From the NCBI GenBank assembly GCA_937952235.1, contig CALFZM010000082.1:4312-68311 (forward strand): a DNA stretch of 64,000 nucleotides. Reading direction: 5' to 3'. This DNA comes from an uncultured Opitutia bacterium. GTDB lineage: Bacteria > Verrucomicrobiota > Verrucomicrobiia > Opitutales > Opitutaceae. This document shows positions 18,301-26,787 of the stretch, piece after piece (the first letter of the stretch is position 1; each line of letters opens with the position of its first letter). A program made the translations under genes and the position numbers. Below the pieces are notes generated by a model. It made no database searches and was not told the DNA's origin. It worked only from the letters and a program-made list of their open reading frames with translations.

Positions 18301-18384
18301 GGGAGCGGCCGCCTGGGCGAGCAGGGTCGCGCCGGTCGCGGTGGAGAGCAGCAGGCCGGTCAGGGTTTTCACGGGGAGCAGCAT
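15307..18384 (-). CDS. TonB-dependent receptor
   Basis: Signal peptide; plug (SGTRLNTPIKDIP, RGY, VEVAKGPQSLLYG..GGVVN); barrel; C-terminal RTWQFSVGTKF. Confidence 0.93.
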   Translation of the reverse strand: MLLPVKTLTGLLLSTATGATLLAQAAAPARPAPAEEAIVTLSEFRVDATKDVGYRATNATSGTRLNTPIKDIPMPINVVTKEFIEDIGAYDFKEALIYEAGITQDFVQTSNNFLFSASGTGQAGQGLGDRSSTTINIRGYNSRRQLRNGFVTSSVTDNVNVSRVEVAKGPQSLLYGVAVLGGVVNIIPDYPLSVPRYEVKAAFGSHDFRRLEFDATGPLLKVAGRQVNYRLAGAYQKSDADPIRDGDDRERRFLSGLFEVKPWKNTNVLLDVEGGIFRSEANGFRDLADTNNAAENTLNFYGENNANTVFGDLPNVARDWYGSGEAYRLSGSDPFQETRYYNLMLEVTQKLVDGLTLIGGFNYTRTDIENLQVNGSVDYQRVFNNGQPLTAAQQTTLANLRSQPTYFEQTGLQFANPLFARNYTGANDYRFRRLQYNWTRPSSQNENRQVRLDLNYNFNLLGANHNFLVGFHDRKTWAKNLGSAPLPVNAAGITNSFKSFSRESVLTPIAYAGEGARTSNRNTFEEWNAGHYVVYQGKLWRDRVLLIGGLRRDRFMVRSRTWNYALTPGGDPTQASSYVRNVDPTPAAGTTRADFYRFKGETQYKNSPTAGLSIKINDAISLYGLTATGLFPDSGQQDGAGNAVDPEFARSQEVGAKFDLWRDREGRTVLSGSVAAYKIKREDAVYNVFWAPQPRSNNGTGLTNVNVPTSWTSFQTNQPQSYLLPLQYIAAADQATFRNSPAFRGERNNLVLVDYRSLGTTANDPLRRGMEAAATASMAQGSQTILQTANTGNTPADLYANLAYENRNANVNYADESSGFDVSLLFTPNRNYSATFSYAYQKQEVIGGFGLVDQPNSTEYDSWWRYMGFTTQQALAANLDESSVDFEAGVKGVRLIDNPEHSANLWNKYTFTDGTLKGWDFGLGINWFGSRQAEAAIDNGLRRRVTGRFKADFSQRFVVNTAVGLKRRIAGRDWNFRLNVNNLLDDQKDERIVYTGIVGTSTSAPARSVVYYNPRTWQFSVGTKF

Positions 18385-18493
18385 GGTGGCAGGGTTCAAG
18401 GGCGGTGACAGGGACGGCCGCGCGTTCGCATGCGCGCGTGGCCGGGGAAGGCCGAACCGAAAAACAAATTGCCCCCCTCGCAACCCGCGCGGA

Positions 18494-18508
18494 ACTTAAC
18501 CGTTAAGT
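18494..18508. promoter_or_regulatory. Candidate LacI-family operator
   Basis: Near-perfect palindrome ACTTAACCGTTAAGT with a LacI-like AA-N-CG-TT core, overlapping the regulator's GTG start in the divergent intergenic region. Confidence 0.55.
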
Positions 18509-19571
18509 GAACCCTGCGCCGTCCCCCTCCCCGACCCTGCGCACGATCGCCGCACGGGCGGGGGTTTCGGTCGCGACCGTGTCGCTCGCCCTGCGCGGCG
18601 CCCCGGGAATCCCCGACCGCACCCGCGACCGCGTGCGCCGCCACGCGGCGCGGCTCGGCTACCAGCTCGATCCCCAGGTGACCAAGCTCATGGCCTACCT
18701 GCGGCAGCGCCGCCGGGTGCGGACGACGTCGGAGCTGGGTCTGATCCATTTCCACCCCGAGGCGAAACCTTGGCGCCACAATCCGTTCCTGCACCGTCTT
18801 CACACCGCCGCCGCCCAACGCGCGGCGCAGTTTGGCTACCGTCTGGCGGATTTCTGGCTCGCGGCGCCGGACATGACGCCCGCCCGGATGCGGGACATCC
18901 TGCTCGCGCGCGGCATCGACGGCCTGATCCTGATGGGTGCGCCGCAGTGGAGCGCCCGGCTCGATTTCGACCTGGATCGCTTCGCCTGCGCGGCGCTGGG
19001 CTACAGCCTCCGGGTGCCGCTCCACCGCGCGTGCCAGCACCAATACCAGGAAATGTTCACCACCCTCGCGCAGCTCGAGCGCCGCGGGTACCGGCGGCCG
19101 GGATTGATGCTCACCGAGGACGCCGACCAGCGGACGTTGCACCACTGGTCGGCCGCCTTCCTGTGGTGGCAGCAGTCGCGCCCCGCCGCCGGCCGGCTGC
19201 CGATTCTCCGCGCCGCCCGCCTCGAGCCGCCGGTCTTCCGCCGCTGGTTTGAACGTCACCGACCGGACGTGGTGATCGCCCAATCGCCCTCGGCGGCGAC
19301 CATCGGAAGCTGGCTCGCGGACGCCGGCGCGCCGGTGCCGGAGGCGTGCGGGCTGGCGGACCTGGATGTCGATCCCGGCGAGGCCTGCTCGGGCATCCGC
19401 CAGAATTACGAACAGGTCGCCGCCGCCGCGGTCGACCTCGTGGTCGCGCAGATCCTGCGCAACGAACGCGGCATCCCCACGCACCCGAAGGTCGTGCTGA
19501 TCGAAGGCCAATGGGTCGACGGCGGGACGACCCGTCCCGAGCCCTCCCCGGGAGCCGCGCGGCGGCCCTGA
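18507..19571 (+). CDS. LacI-family transcriptional regulator
   Basis: HTH TLRTIAARAGVSVATVSLALRG, LGY hinge, periplasmic-binding-protein-like effector domain. Confidence 0.92.
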   Translation: MNPAPSPSPTLRTIAARAGVSVATVSLALRGAPGIPDRTRDRVRRHAARLGYQLDPQVTKLMAYLRQRRRVRTTSELGLIHFHPEAKPWRHNPFLHRLHTAAAQRAAQFGYRLADFWLAAPDMTPARMRDILLARGIDGLILMGAPQWSARLDFDLDRFACAALGYSLRVPLHRACQHQYQEMFTTLAQLERRGYRRPGLMLTEDADQRTLHHWSAAFLWWQQSRPAAGRLPILRAARLEPPVFRRWFERHRPDVVIAQSPSAATIGSWLADAGAPVPEACGLADLDVDPGEACSGIRQNYEQVAAAAVDLVVAQILRNERGIPTHPKVVLIEGQWVDGGTTRPEPSPGAARRP

Positions 19572-19623
19572 GCCAGACCATGCCGTTGACCGTCCAATCA
19601 CCGCCGCGCCGTCCGCACTGAAC

Positions 19624-19699
19624 GGTGGAGCGGCCTGAGCCCAAGCCGCTGCGGACGGATCCGTCGAACATCAGCCGCCGGGGGACAGGCGGCTCCACC
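19624..19699. repeat. REP doublet, family A copy 2
   Basis: GGTGGAGCGGC..AAGCCGCT ... CAGCCGCCGGGGGACAGGCGGCTCCACC; convergent intergenic region. Confidence 0.88.
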
Positions 19700-19739
19700 C
19701 AACCCGATCGTTCGGGTTGAGCGCACGGGCGACCGCCCG

Positions 19740-20747
19740 CTACCACTCCATCTTCGCCCGCGGTTCGGGCAGCGGCAGCTCGTCGAGCTTGCCCGCGGCG
19801 GAGACGACCTCGTAGGCGGTGCGGAAGTGCAGTTTCGCGAATTCGCCGAGCGCCCGCGCCCCGAACCGCGCGATGATCTGCGCCCCCTGCGTTTTCACCA
19901 GGGGCCCGGCGCCCTTCTGCAGCTTCTCGCCGAACCGCTTCGAGAGCGAAACGATCTGCCGCTGGAACTCGGCGCGGGCGACGACCGAGGCCGCGGCGAC
20001 GACCGGGTCCTCCTCCGCCTTCGTGCGCATCCGCAGGTCGAACTCCTTCACGCCTTTTCGCGCGAGCTCGCGCTGCACCAGCGGCTGCTCCGTGAACTGG
20101 TCGAGCAGGCCCCAGGGCACGCGCCGCTCCGCGAGCGCCTGCTCCAGCGCGGTGGCGTGCTGCCAGGCGAGCAGCCGGTTCAGGTTCGCGCCCGGGCGCG
20201 CCATCAGCTCGTTGTACTTCGGCATGCCGCAAAAGCAGGTGCGGACCACGACGCCCTTCGTCTCGCGGATCGCCTGCTCCAGCTTGAAGATCTGCAGCTC
20301 GGAAATCTTCTTCGAATCCTTCACGCCCGCCTTCACCCACGCTTCGATCATGCCGCGGTCGGCGATCACGGTCGCGGCGATCACCGGGCCGAAGAAGTCG
20401 CCCTTGCCGCTTTCGTCGAGGCCCGCGTGCGCCTCGTACCAATCGGGGTGCAGCACCTCGTCGTAACCAAGTTTCGCGGCGCCGGTGACCTCGGGCTCGA
20501 CCACGTCGCGGACGAAATCCTCCGTGCCCTTGCCCGCGATGACGACCTTGCCGCTCGTGTAGGCGGAGACGTTGACCTTGAGGTGGTCGGCCTTGAAGGC
20601 GAAACGGGTGTAAGCGACCTCGAACGGCGTCCAGCCGCGCGCCACGCAGATCGACCGCAGCCGCTCCATCTGCGCGTCGTCGAGCTTGAGCGTGTAGGAC
20701 GCGAGCTTCTTCGGCGCGTCGGATTCGTCGTCGGACCTCTTGGGCAT
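19740..20747 (-). CDS. rnhC: Ribonuclease HIII
   Basis: N-terminal TBP-like domain (AYTSGKVVIAGKG), GLDESGKGDFFGP, GVKDSK, VAAASVVAR. Confidence 0.93.
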   Translation of the reverse strand: MPKRSDDESDAPKKLASYTLKLDDAQMERLRSICVARGWTPFEVAYTRFAFKADHLKVNVSAYTSGKVVIAGKGTEDFVRDVVEPEVTGAAKLGYDEVLHPDWYEAHAGLDESGKGDFFGPVIAATVIADRGMIEAWVKAGVKDSKKISELQIFKLEQAIRETKGVVVRTCFCGMPKYNELMARPGANLNRLLAWQHATALEQALAERRVPWGLLDQFTEQPLVQRELARKGVKEFDLRMRTKAEEDPVVAAASVVARAEFQRQIVSLSKRFGEKLQKGAGPLVKTQGAQIIARFGARALGEFAKLHFRTAYEVVSAAGKLDELPLPEPRAKMEW

Positions 20748-20853
20748 CCGGCAGAACACGCGAAAAAACCCGGGAAAGCGCAAAGGAGAAAACACCCGCC
20801 CGCGGGGGCTAATTTGCTTGCCCCGCCGGGGCGGCTGCACGGCGTATCGACGG

Positions 20854-21921
20854 ATGTCTCCAGCGTCCACCGCTGCCCGCCTCACCGCCGCCCGCACCGG
20901 GTTCCAGCAGGCGCTGCTGGCGTGGTACCGCGCCCATGCGCGCGCGCTGCCCTGGCGCGAGGCGCCGTCGCTTTATCGGACCGTCGTGAGCGAGTTCATG
21001 CTGCAGCAGACGCAGGTGAAGACGGTGCTGCCGTATTTCGCGCGCTGGCTGGAAGCGCTCCCCGACTTCGAGGCGCTGGCGGCCGCCGACGAGGCTCGCG
21101 TGCTGAAACTTTGGGAGGGACTCGGCTACTATTCGCGCGCGCGCAACCTTCACCGGCTGGCCCGGGCGCTCGCCACGCGGCCGGAACCGCCGCGCACCCC
21201 GGAAGCGTGGCGGGAACTGCCGGGCGTCGGTCCGTACACCGCGGCGGCGATCACGAGCATCGCTTTCGGCGCGCCCGCCGCGTGCGTCGACGGCAATGTG
21301 GTCCGGATCCTTGCCCGGCTCACCGCCGACGCCACGCCCTACCGGGATTCCGCGACGGCCGCGAAGGCCCTGGCGCCTCTTGCCGACGCCCTGCTCACGC
21401 GCGCGTCGCCGGGCGACCACAACCAGGCGATGATGGAACTCGGCGCCACCGTCTGCTTCCGCCAGAAGCCGCTCTGCCTTACCTGCCCGGTGCGGGGTTT
21501 TTGCGCCGCCGCCCGGCAGGGCGATCCGGAATCGCTCCCCCGCCTCGCACCGAAGGCGATCGAACAGCGCGCCGTCACCCGCGTCTGGTGCGTGCGGGGC
21601 GAGGCGCTGCTGCTGCATCGCGCCGCGGCATCCGCGCGCCGGCTCGCCACCCTGCATGAGCTGCCGCTGCCGGAACACTGCGGCCTGACCGAGGAGGAAG
21701 TCCAGCGCGCGCCCCGCCTCGCCCGCCATCGCCGCGGCATCACGCGCTTCCAGATCACGGAGTCCATCCACGCCGCCAATCCGCCGGCCCGCGCGCCCCT
21801 TTCCGCGGAACTCGTCTGGGTGCCGCTGCGGGAACTCGAGGCGATCACGCTGTCCGGTCCGCATCGCCGCTGGATCGGCGCGCTCCTGGCCGCGGCGGAG
21901 GTGTCCGGCCGCCGCGAATAG
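20854..21921 (+). CDS. mutY: A/G-specific adenine glycosylase
   Basis: WY....R.LPWR, SEFMLQQTQV, WEGLGYYSRARNL, LPGVGPYTA, VDGNV, FeS motif C-x6-C-x2-C-x5-C. Confidence 0.95.
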   Translation: MSPASTAARLTAARTGFQQALLAWYRAHARALPWREAPSLYRTVVSEFMLQQTQVKTVLPYFARWLEALPDFEALAAADEARVLKLWEGLGYYSRARNLHRLARALATRPEPPRTPEAWRELPGVGPYTAAAITSIAFGAPAACVDGNVVRILARLTADATPYRDSATAAKALAPLADALLTRASPGDHNQAMMELGATVCFRQKPLCLTCPVRGFCAAARQGDPESLPRLAPKAIEQRAVTRVWCVRGEALLLHRAAASARRLATLHELPLPEHCGLTEEEVQRAPRLARHRRGITRFQITESIHAANPPARAPLSAELVWVPLRELEAITLSGPHRRWIGALLAAAEVSGRRE

Positions 21922-22064
21922 AGCGGATTCAACCCTTCTGTAGCCCAGACCAAAACGCAAAGTCGCGAAGGAACGCGAAGTTTCGCCAAGTTTTCCTGGC
22001 GCGTCTTTGCTTTCCTTCGCGTCTTTGCGTCGAGGATCCCGCTCCGCGCGGCTGGATTATACTC
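21921..22064 (+). repeat. ~145-nt structured element, family B copy 1
   Basis: ACGCAAAGTCGCGAAGGAACGCGAAG arm and inverted CTTCGCGTCTTTGCGT arm; aligns by eye with 26641-26787 and 59071-59216. Confidence 0.8.
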
Positions 22065-22170
22065 GAGGCGCCCCCAGAGCGGGTTCATCGGGCTCCCCCG
22101 GCCGCGCGAATTCCGTTGTCCGCCAAACTCCGGCTCGCGCCGCGCGCTTTCGCCGTGCGAGCCTCGTCGC

Positions 22171-22959
22171 GTGGGAGCCGCCCTGAAATCGATGCTGGCG
22201 TACTGGCTGATGCCACTGCCGTTCTGCGTGGCGGCGATGCTGGCGGGGCTTGTGCTGGGACGGACGCGCCGCGGCGCCCGGGCGGGGCGGTGGCTGTTTG
22301 GCGGCGGACTGGGATTGCTCCTGTTGTTCGGCAACGGCTACGTGAGCCGCTGGCTGATCCGGCCGCTGGAAACCCGATATGCCGCGATTCCGGAGCTGCC
22401 GGCGGGAGCGCCGGTGCCGCCGGCGCTGGCGGCGTGCCGGTACGTCGTGGTGCTCGGCGGCGGCAACGGCGATGGCCCGGGCGTCTCGGCGAACAACCTG
22501 CTTTCCGGCAGCGCCCGCGCGCGGCTGGTCGAAGGCGTCCGGCTGCTGCGCAGCCTGCCCGAGGCGCGCCTGATCGTCTCGGGTCCCGCGCACGGCCGCC
22601 GGGACTCGCATGCGACGGTCCTCGGCCGCACCGCGATCGCGCTGGGATTGCCGCCGGACCGGGTGCTCACGATCGACGAGGCGCGGGACACGGAGGGCGA
22701 GGCCGCCGCGGTCGCCCGACGCGTCGGGAACGCCCCGGTCGCGCTCGTCACCTCGGCCTGGCACCTGCCGCGCGCCCACGCCTTGTTCCGACGGGCCGGG
22801 GTCGACGCCCTGCCCTGCCCCGCGGATTTCACCGCGCATGCCCGCGATCCTTTCCAATTCGAGGACCTGTTCTGGCGCACCAGTGCGCTCGAGCGCAGCA
22901 CCTATGCCGTCCGGGAGCGGCTGGGCTACGCGTGGGCCTGGTTGCGCCGGAAGGTCTGA
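22171..22959 (+). CDS. YdcF/ElyC family (DUF218) envelope protein
   Basis: N-terminal TMs, VVLGGG, ARLVEGVRL, IVSG, ARDTEGEA, LVTSAWHLPRA. Confidence 0.88.
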   Translation: MGAALKSMLAYWLMPLPFCVAAMLAGLVLGRTRRGARAGRWLFGGGLGLLLLFGNGYVSRWLIRPLETRYAAIPELPAGAPVPPALAACRYVVVLGGGNGDGPGVSANNLLSGSARARLVEGVRLLRSLPEARLIVSGPAHGRRDSHATVLGRTAIALGLPPDRVLTIDEARDTEGEAAAVARRVGNAPVALVTSAWHLPRAHALFRRAGVDALPCPADFTAHARDPFQFEDLFWRTSALERSTYAVRERLGYAWAWLRRKV

Positions 22960-23058
22960 GCGTTTCACGGCCGATTCCGGCGAAACCCGCACCGGCCGCC
23001 GGGAATTCCCCGAAGAAATGTTTCGCAATCGTAACATGGGCCCCTAACTCCGGGGCGA

Positions 23059-23700
23059 ATGTTCTCGCTGAAGAAACTCCTGGGGAAAGACGACAAGTTC
23101 TTCGATCTGCTCGATGCCGGAGCCGAGGAGGCAAAGGCCAGCGTCGACCTGTTCTCGAATTTTCTGCGCAAGATCGCGGACGGGCGCGTGCCTCCCAGCT
23201 CCCTGGACGACTTCATTCAGTCGCGGCGCAAGGAAAAGCGGATCCGCCATCTGATGATGGAGGAGCTGAGCAAGACGTTCGTCACGCCGCTGGAGCGGGA
23301 GGACATCGAGGAGCTGTCGTTCGCCCTCTACCGGATCCCGAAGCTGGTCGAGAAGATCGTCGAACGGCTCTCGATCTATCCCGGCCGCGTGCCCCAGGCC
23401 GCGTTCCTGCGCCAGGCGGAGCTGCTTTCGCAGGCGGCGGAGGCGGTGGTGTTCATGGTGAAGCAGCTCCGCGGCGGCACGACGATCGAGAAGATCCGCA
23501 GCGCCAGCGAGCGGCTCCAGTTTGCCGAGGGCGAGGCCGACAAGGTGATGCTGTCGCTCCTCAAGGACCTCTATCACGGCCCGTTCGACGCGAAGGAGCT
23601 CGTGATCCTGCAGGAACTTTATGAGATGGCCGAGCAGGCCGTCGACCGCTGCCGCAATGCCGGCAGCATCGTGATGCAGATCGTGCTGAAGCACTCGTAA
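23059..23700 (+). CDS. DUF47 / PhoU-like phosphate transport regulator
   Basis: FVTPLEREDI, EGEADK; directly upstream of a PiT transporter. Confidence 0.9.
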   Translation: MFSLKKLLGKDDKFFDLLDAGAEEAKASVDLFSNFLRKIADGRVPPSSLDDFIQSRRKEKRIRHLMMEELSKTFVTPLEREDIEELSFALYRIPKLVEKIVERLSIYPGRVPQAAFLRQAELLSQAAEAVVFMVKQLRGGTTIEKIRSASERLQFAEGEADKVMLSLLKDLYHGPFDAKELVILQELYEMAEQAVDRCRNAGSIVMQIVLKHS

Positions 23701-23751
23701 GCGCCACCCCCGGAGATCCGCTGCCGCGCCGCCGCCGACCGACCCGACTGC

Positions 23752-24807
23752 ATGACCCTTTTCCTGCTCGTCCTCCTCGCCGCGCTGACGTTCGAGTACA
23801 TCAACGGCTTTCACGACACGGCCAATGCGATCGCGACCGTGGTTTCCACCAAGGTGCTCACGCCGCGCGCCGCGGTGATGTGGGCGGCGTTCTGGAACCT
23901 GATCGGCGCGCTCTTCGGCACCGCCGTGGCAAAGACGATCAGCACCGGGCTGGTGGACGCGAGCGCGGTGAACATGACCACCGTGCTGTGCGCGCTGCTC
24001 GCCGCCATTGTCTGGAACCTGTTCACCTGGTGGCTCGGCCTGCCCTCGAGTTCCAGCCATGCGCTCATCGGCGGGCTCTGCGGCGCCGCGCTCGCGACCG
24101 CCGACGGCAAGTGGTCCGTGCTGCTCTGGCACACCCACGACGCCAAGGGCGCCTCGGCCGGGCTCTGGCCCAAGGTGGTGCTGCCGATGTTCACCTCGCC
24201 GCTGGTGGGCTTCATCGGCGGCGCCCTGCTGATGGGCTTCCTGCTCGTCGCGCTGCGCCGCGTCACTCCGCGCATCGTCGGGCTCATCTTCGGCAAGGCG
24301 CAGTTGATCAGCGCGGGATTCATGGGTTTCAGCCACGGGTCGAACGACGCCCAGAAGACGATGGGCATCATCACCCTCGCACTGTTCACCGGCACGAGCA
24401 CGGGGGCGTTCAACGAACTGCCCTCGTGGGCGCATTTCCTCCGCGTGCCGGAATTCAAGGACATTCCCCTCTGGGTCGTGATCACGTGCGCGATCACCAT
24501 GGCCGCGGGCACCGCGGCGGGCGGGTGGCGGATCATTCGCACGATGGGACACAAGATGGTGAAGATGCAGCCGGTGCACGGCTTTGCCGCCGAGACGACC
24601 GCCGCGATCATCCTGCACGGCACGGCGACGATCGGCGTGCCGGTCTCCACCACGCACGTCATCTCGACCTCCATCATGGGCGTCGGCGCCACCAAGCGGT
24701 TGAGCGCCGTGAAGTGGGGCGTCGTGCAACGCATCCTCTGGGCGTGGGTTCTCACCCTGCCGGTCACCGCCCTGCTCGGCTACTGGCTCGACCGGTTGAT
24801 GCAGTGA
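23752..24807 (+). CDS. Inorganic phosphate transporter, PiT family
   Basis: Signatures NGFHDTANAIAT, GLPSSSSHALIGG, HGSNDAQK, GVPVSTTH. Confidence 0.95.
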   Translation: MTLFLLVLLAALTFEYINGFHDTANAIATVVSTKVLTPRAAVMWAAFWNLIGALFGTAVAKTISTGLVDASAVNMTTVLCALLAAIVWNLFTWWLGLPSSSSHALIGGLCGAALATADGKWSVLLWHTHDAKGASAGLWPKVVLPMFTSPLVGFIGGALLMGFLLVALRRVTPRIVGLIFGKAQLISAGFMGFSHGSNDAQKTMGIITLALFTGTSTGAFNELPSWAHFLRVPEFKDIPLWVVITCAITMAAGTAAGGWRIIRTMGHKMVKMQPVHGFAAETTAAIILHGTATIGVPVSTTHVISTSIMGVGATKRLSAVKWGVVQRILWAWVLTLPVTALLGYWLDRLMQ

Positions 24808-24891
24808 CGCCGGACCCGGCGGGGCCGTGAAAGGCCGGGCGCCGGGCCTCAAGCGGCTCGCCTTTGCGCGCCCCGCCCGCCAAGTTCCGGG

Positions 24892-26503
24892 CATGCCCCC
24901 CGCCAGGTCGCGACTGCCCCATCGACGTGCCCGCATTCGGGTCGTGGGCCTGTGCGCGGCGCTCGCCCTCGCGCCGGCGCTGTGGTCCCAGGGCAGCAGC
25001 GATCCGTTTTCGCGGTCCTCCTCCGGCATGGATGGCATGCCGGCCCCGCGGCCGGTCGAGCTCGCGCCGGTCTTCTTCCCCCCGCTGCCTCCGCCGCTCG
25101 ACCGCCCGGTGGCGCGGGGCTCCGCGCAAGGCACGCGCTTCCACGCCCCGCCCGAACTCGCCGCGCACGTTTCCGACTACTTTTATCCCGCCCTCGGCAC
25201 GCGCCTCGTCACGCGCACCCTGACCGAGAAGCTCAAGGCCCGGCTCGAGGCCTACAAGGCGGAGCGACTGAAGCTCGCCAACGAACTGCGGGCCGAGATC
25301 GAGCGGCTCCGCACGGCCGATCCGGCAGAGCGCGCCCCCGCGCTCGCGGCGCTTTCGCGGCGGCAGACGCCCCGGATCGCCGAGCTCGAGAAGACCGCCG
25401 AGCAACTGCGGCGCGATCTCATCACCTCGGATTTCAACTGGAACACCTTCCGGCAATGGCATCTCAGCGAACGCCAGCGGCGCGGCTACTCGCCGATGGA
25501 AATCGCCCAGGTGATGCGCGCGTATGCGTTCTACCAGCACAACCTGCTGCCGGCCCAGCGCGGCATGCTGCGCGAGATCGCGGTCGACCTGATGTTCGCG
25601 GCGGAGAACTCCGACGCCGCCGCGGCCGCCAACCCCTATGTGTTCTTCCCGCCCGAGCCGGCGCGGGTGATTTTCCCCGAGCAACTGCCGGCCGACGTCG
25701 CCGCGCGCGTGGCCACGTACCAGACGAAGCGCTCGGCGCTGAAGAAGGAGCTGTACGACGCGGTCTTCTCCTCCGACGGCGCCGCCTTCGCCTTCCTGCG
25801 CAGCACGCCGATCAAGTCGCTCGCGGACAAGCAGGCCGGGCGCATTGCCGAGCTCGAGGCGCTGGCGGAGGAAATCCGCCGCGGCCTCAGCGCCGTGCCG
25901 GAGTCGACCGCGGAGCGCTCGCCGCTCACGCCCCAGCTCGATACGCGCGTCGCCGTGATGATGCGGCGCTATATCGCGGCGCAGCGCGAGGCCGCCCAAA
26001 AGGCGGACCAGATCCTCGCCGGCGCCCGCCACCTGCCGCTCCAGGCGACGTACCGGTTCGAGAACGACGGCATGAAGTTCGTGGTGGTGCCCACGCGCGG
26101 AGGCCGCGGGGGACCGGGCGGCCCCCAGGCCGGCGGCGGTCGCGGCGGAGCCGGCACGCAGGCCCAGGTCGAGGCGGTGCGGGCCCAGGTCTCGGCCGTG
26201 GCGGAGGAATACGGCCGCACCGTCGCGGACCTGCTCAACGAGCGGGAATCCATCCGGCTCGAGATCGCGTCGTTGCTGCAACTCACCAAGGCCGACGCGA
26301 TCGACCGGGCGCTCTTCGCCTCGATGCGCGTCGCCACCCGCGAGGAGAATTCGCGCACGTTCGGCGACTACCGGCTCGCCGTCTTCGAGCCGGGCTTCTC
26401 GCCTGAGCAACGCCGGCTGCTGTTCGATGGCGTCATGCAGCAGATGGAAATGCCCCTGCCCCGCGGCGAGCCCCAGGCCAGCCGCCGCGCCGACACCTGG
26501 TAG
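24892..26503 (+). CDS. Secreted helical hypothetical protein
   Basis: Signal peptide (VVGLCAALALAPALWSQ), long helical/coiled regions, high GC3. Confidence 0.75.
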
Positions 26504-26640
26504 GCAGATGTTCGCCTGGCTGCGCCCCGTCGCAGCCGCAGCGACCTCGGGCCGACGTCCTTCCGCCACCTGCGCCCCCCCCCCGATCTTCCCGAACGTC
26601 GGAGCACGCCGGCAGTGGGCAGCGCCGCCTCCCCGCACCT

Positions 26641-26787
26641 GGAGCATACTCAACCGTCCTGCAGCCCAAACCTACACGCAAAGTCGCCAAGGAACGCGAA
26701 GTTTCGCCAGGTCTTCCTTCGCGAGTCTTTACTGTCCTTCGCCCCTTTGCGTTTCGGATCCGGCCCTGATCGGCTACGATTCTACTT
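26641..26787 (+). repeat. ~145-nt structured element, family B copy 2
   Basis: GGAGCA..GCAGCCCA..ACGCAAAGTCGCCAAGGAACGCGAAG..CTTTGCGT..GGATCC..CTGATCGGCTACGATTCTACTT. Confidence 0.85.

Noticed and set aside
26504-26640. GC-rich stretch with partial hairpins before family B copy 2
   Set aside because: Only weak similarity to 38690-38730; no convincing second copy or consistent structure
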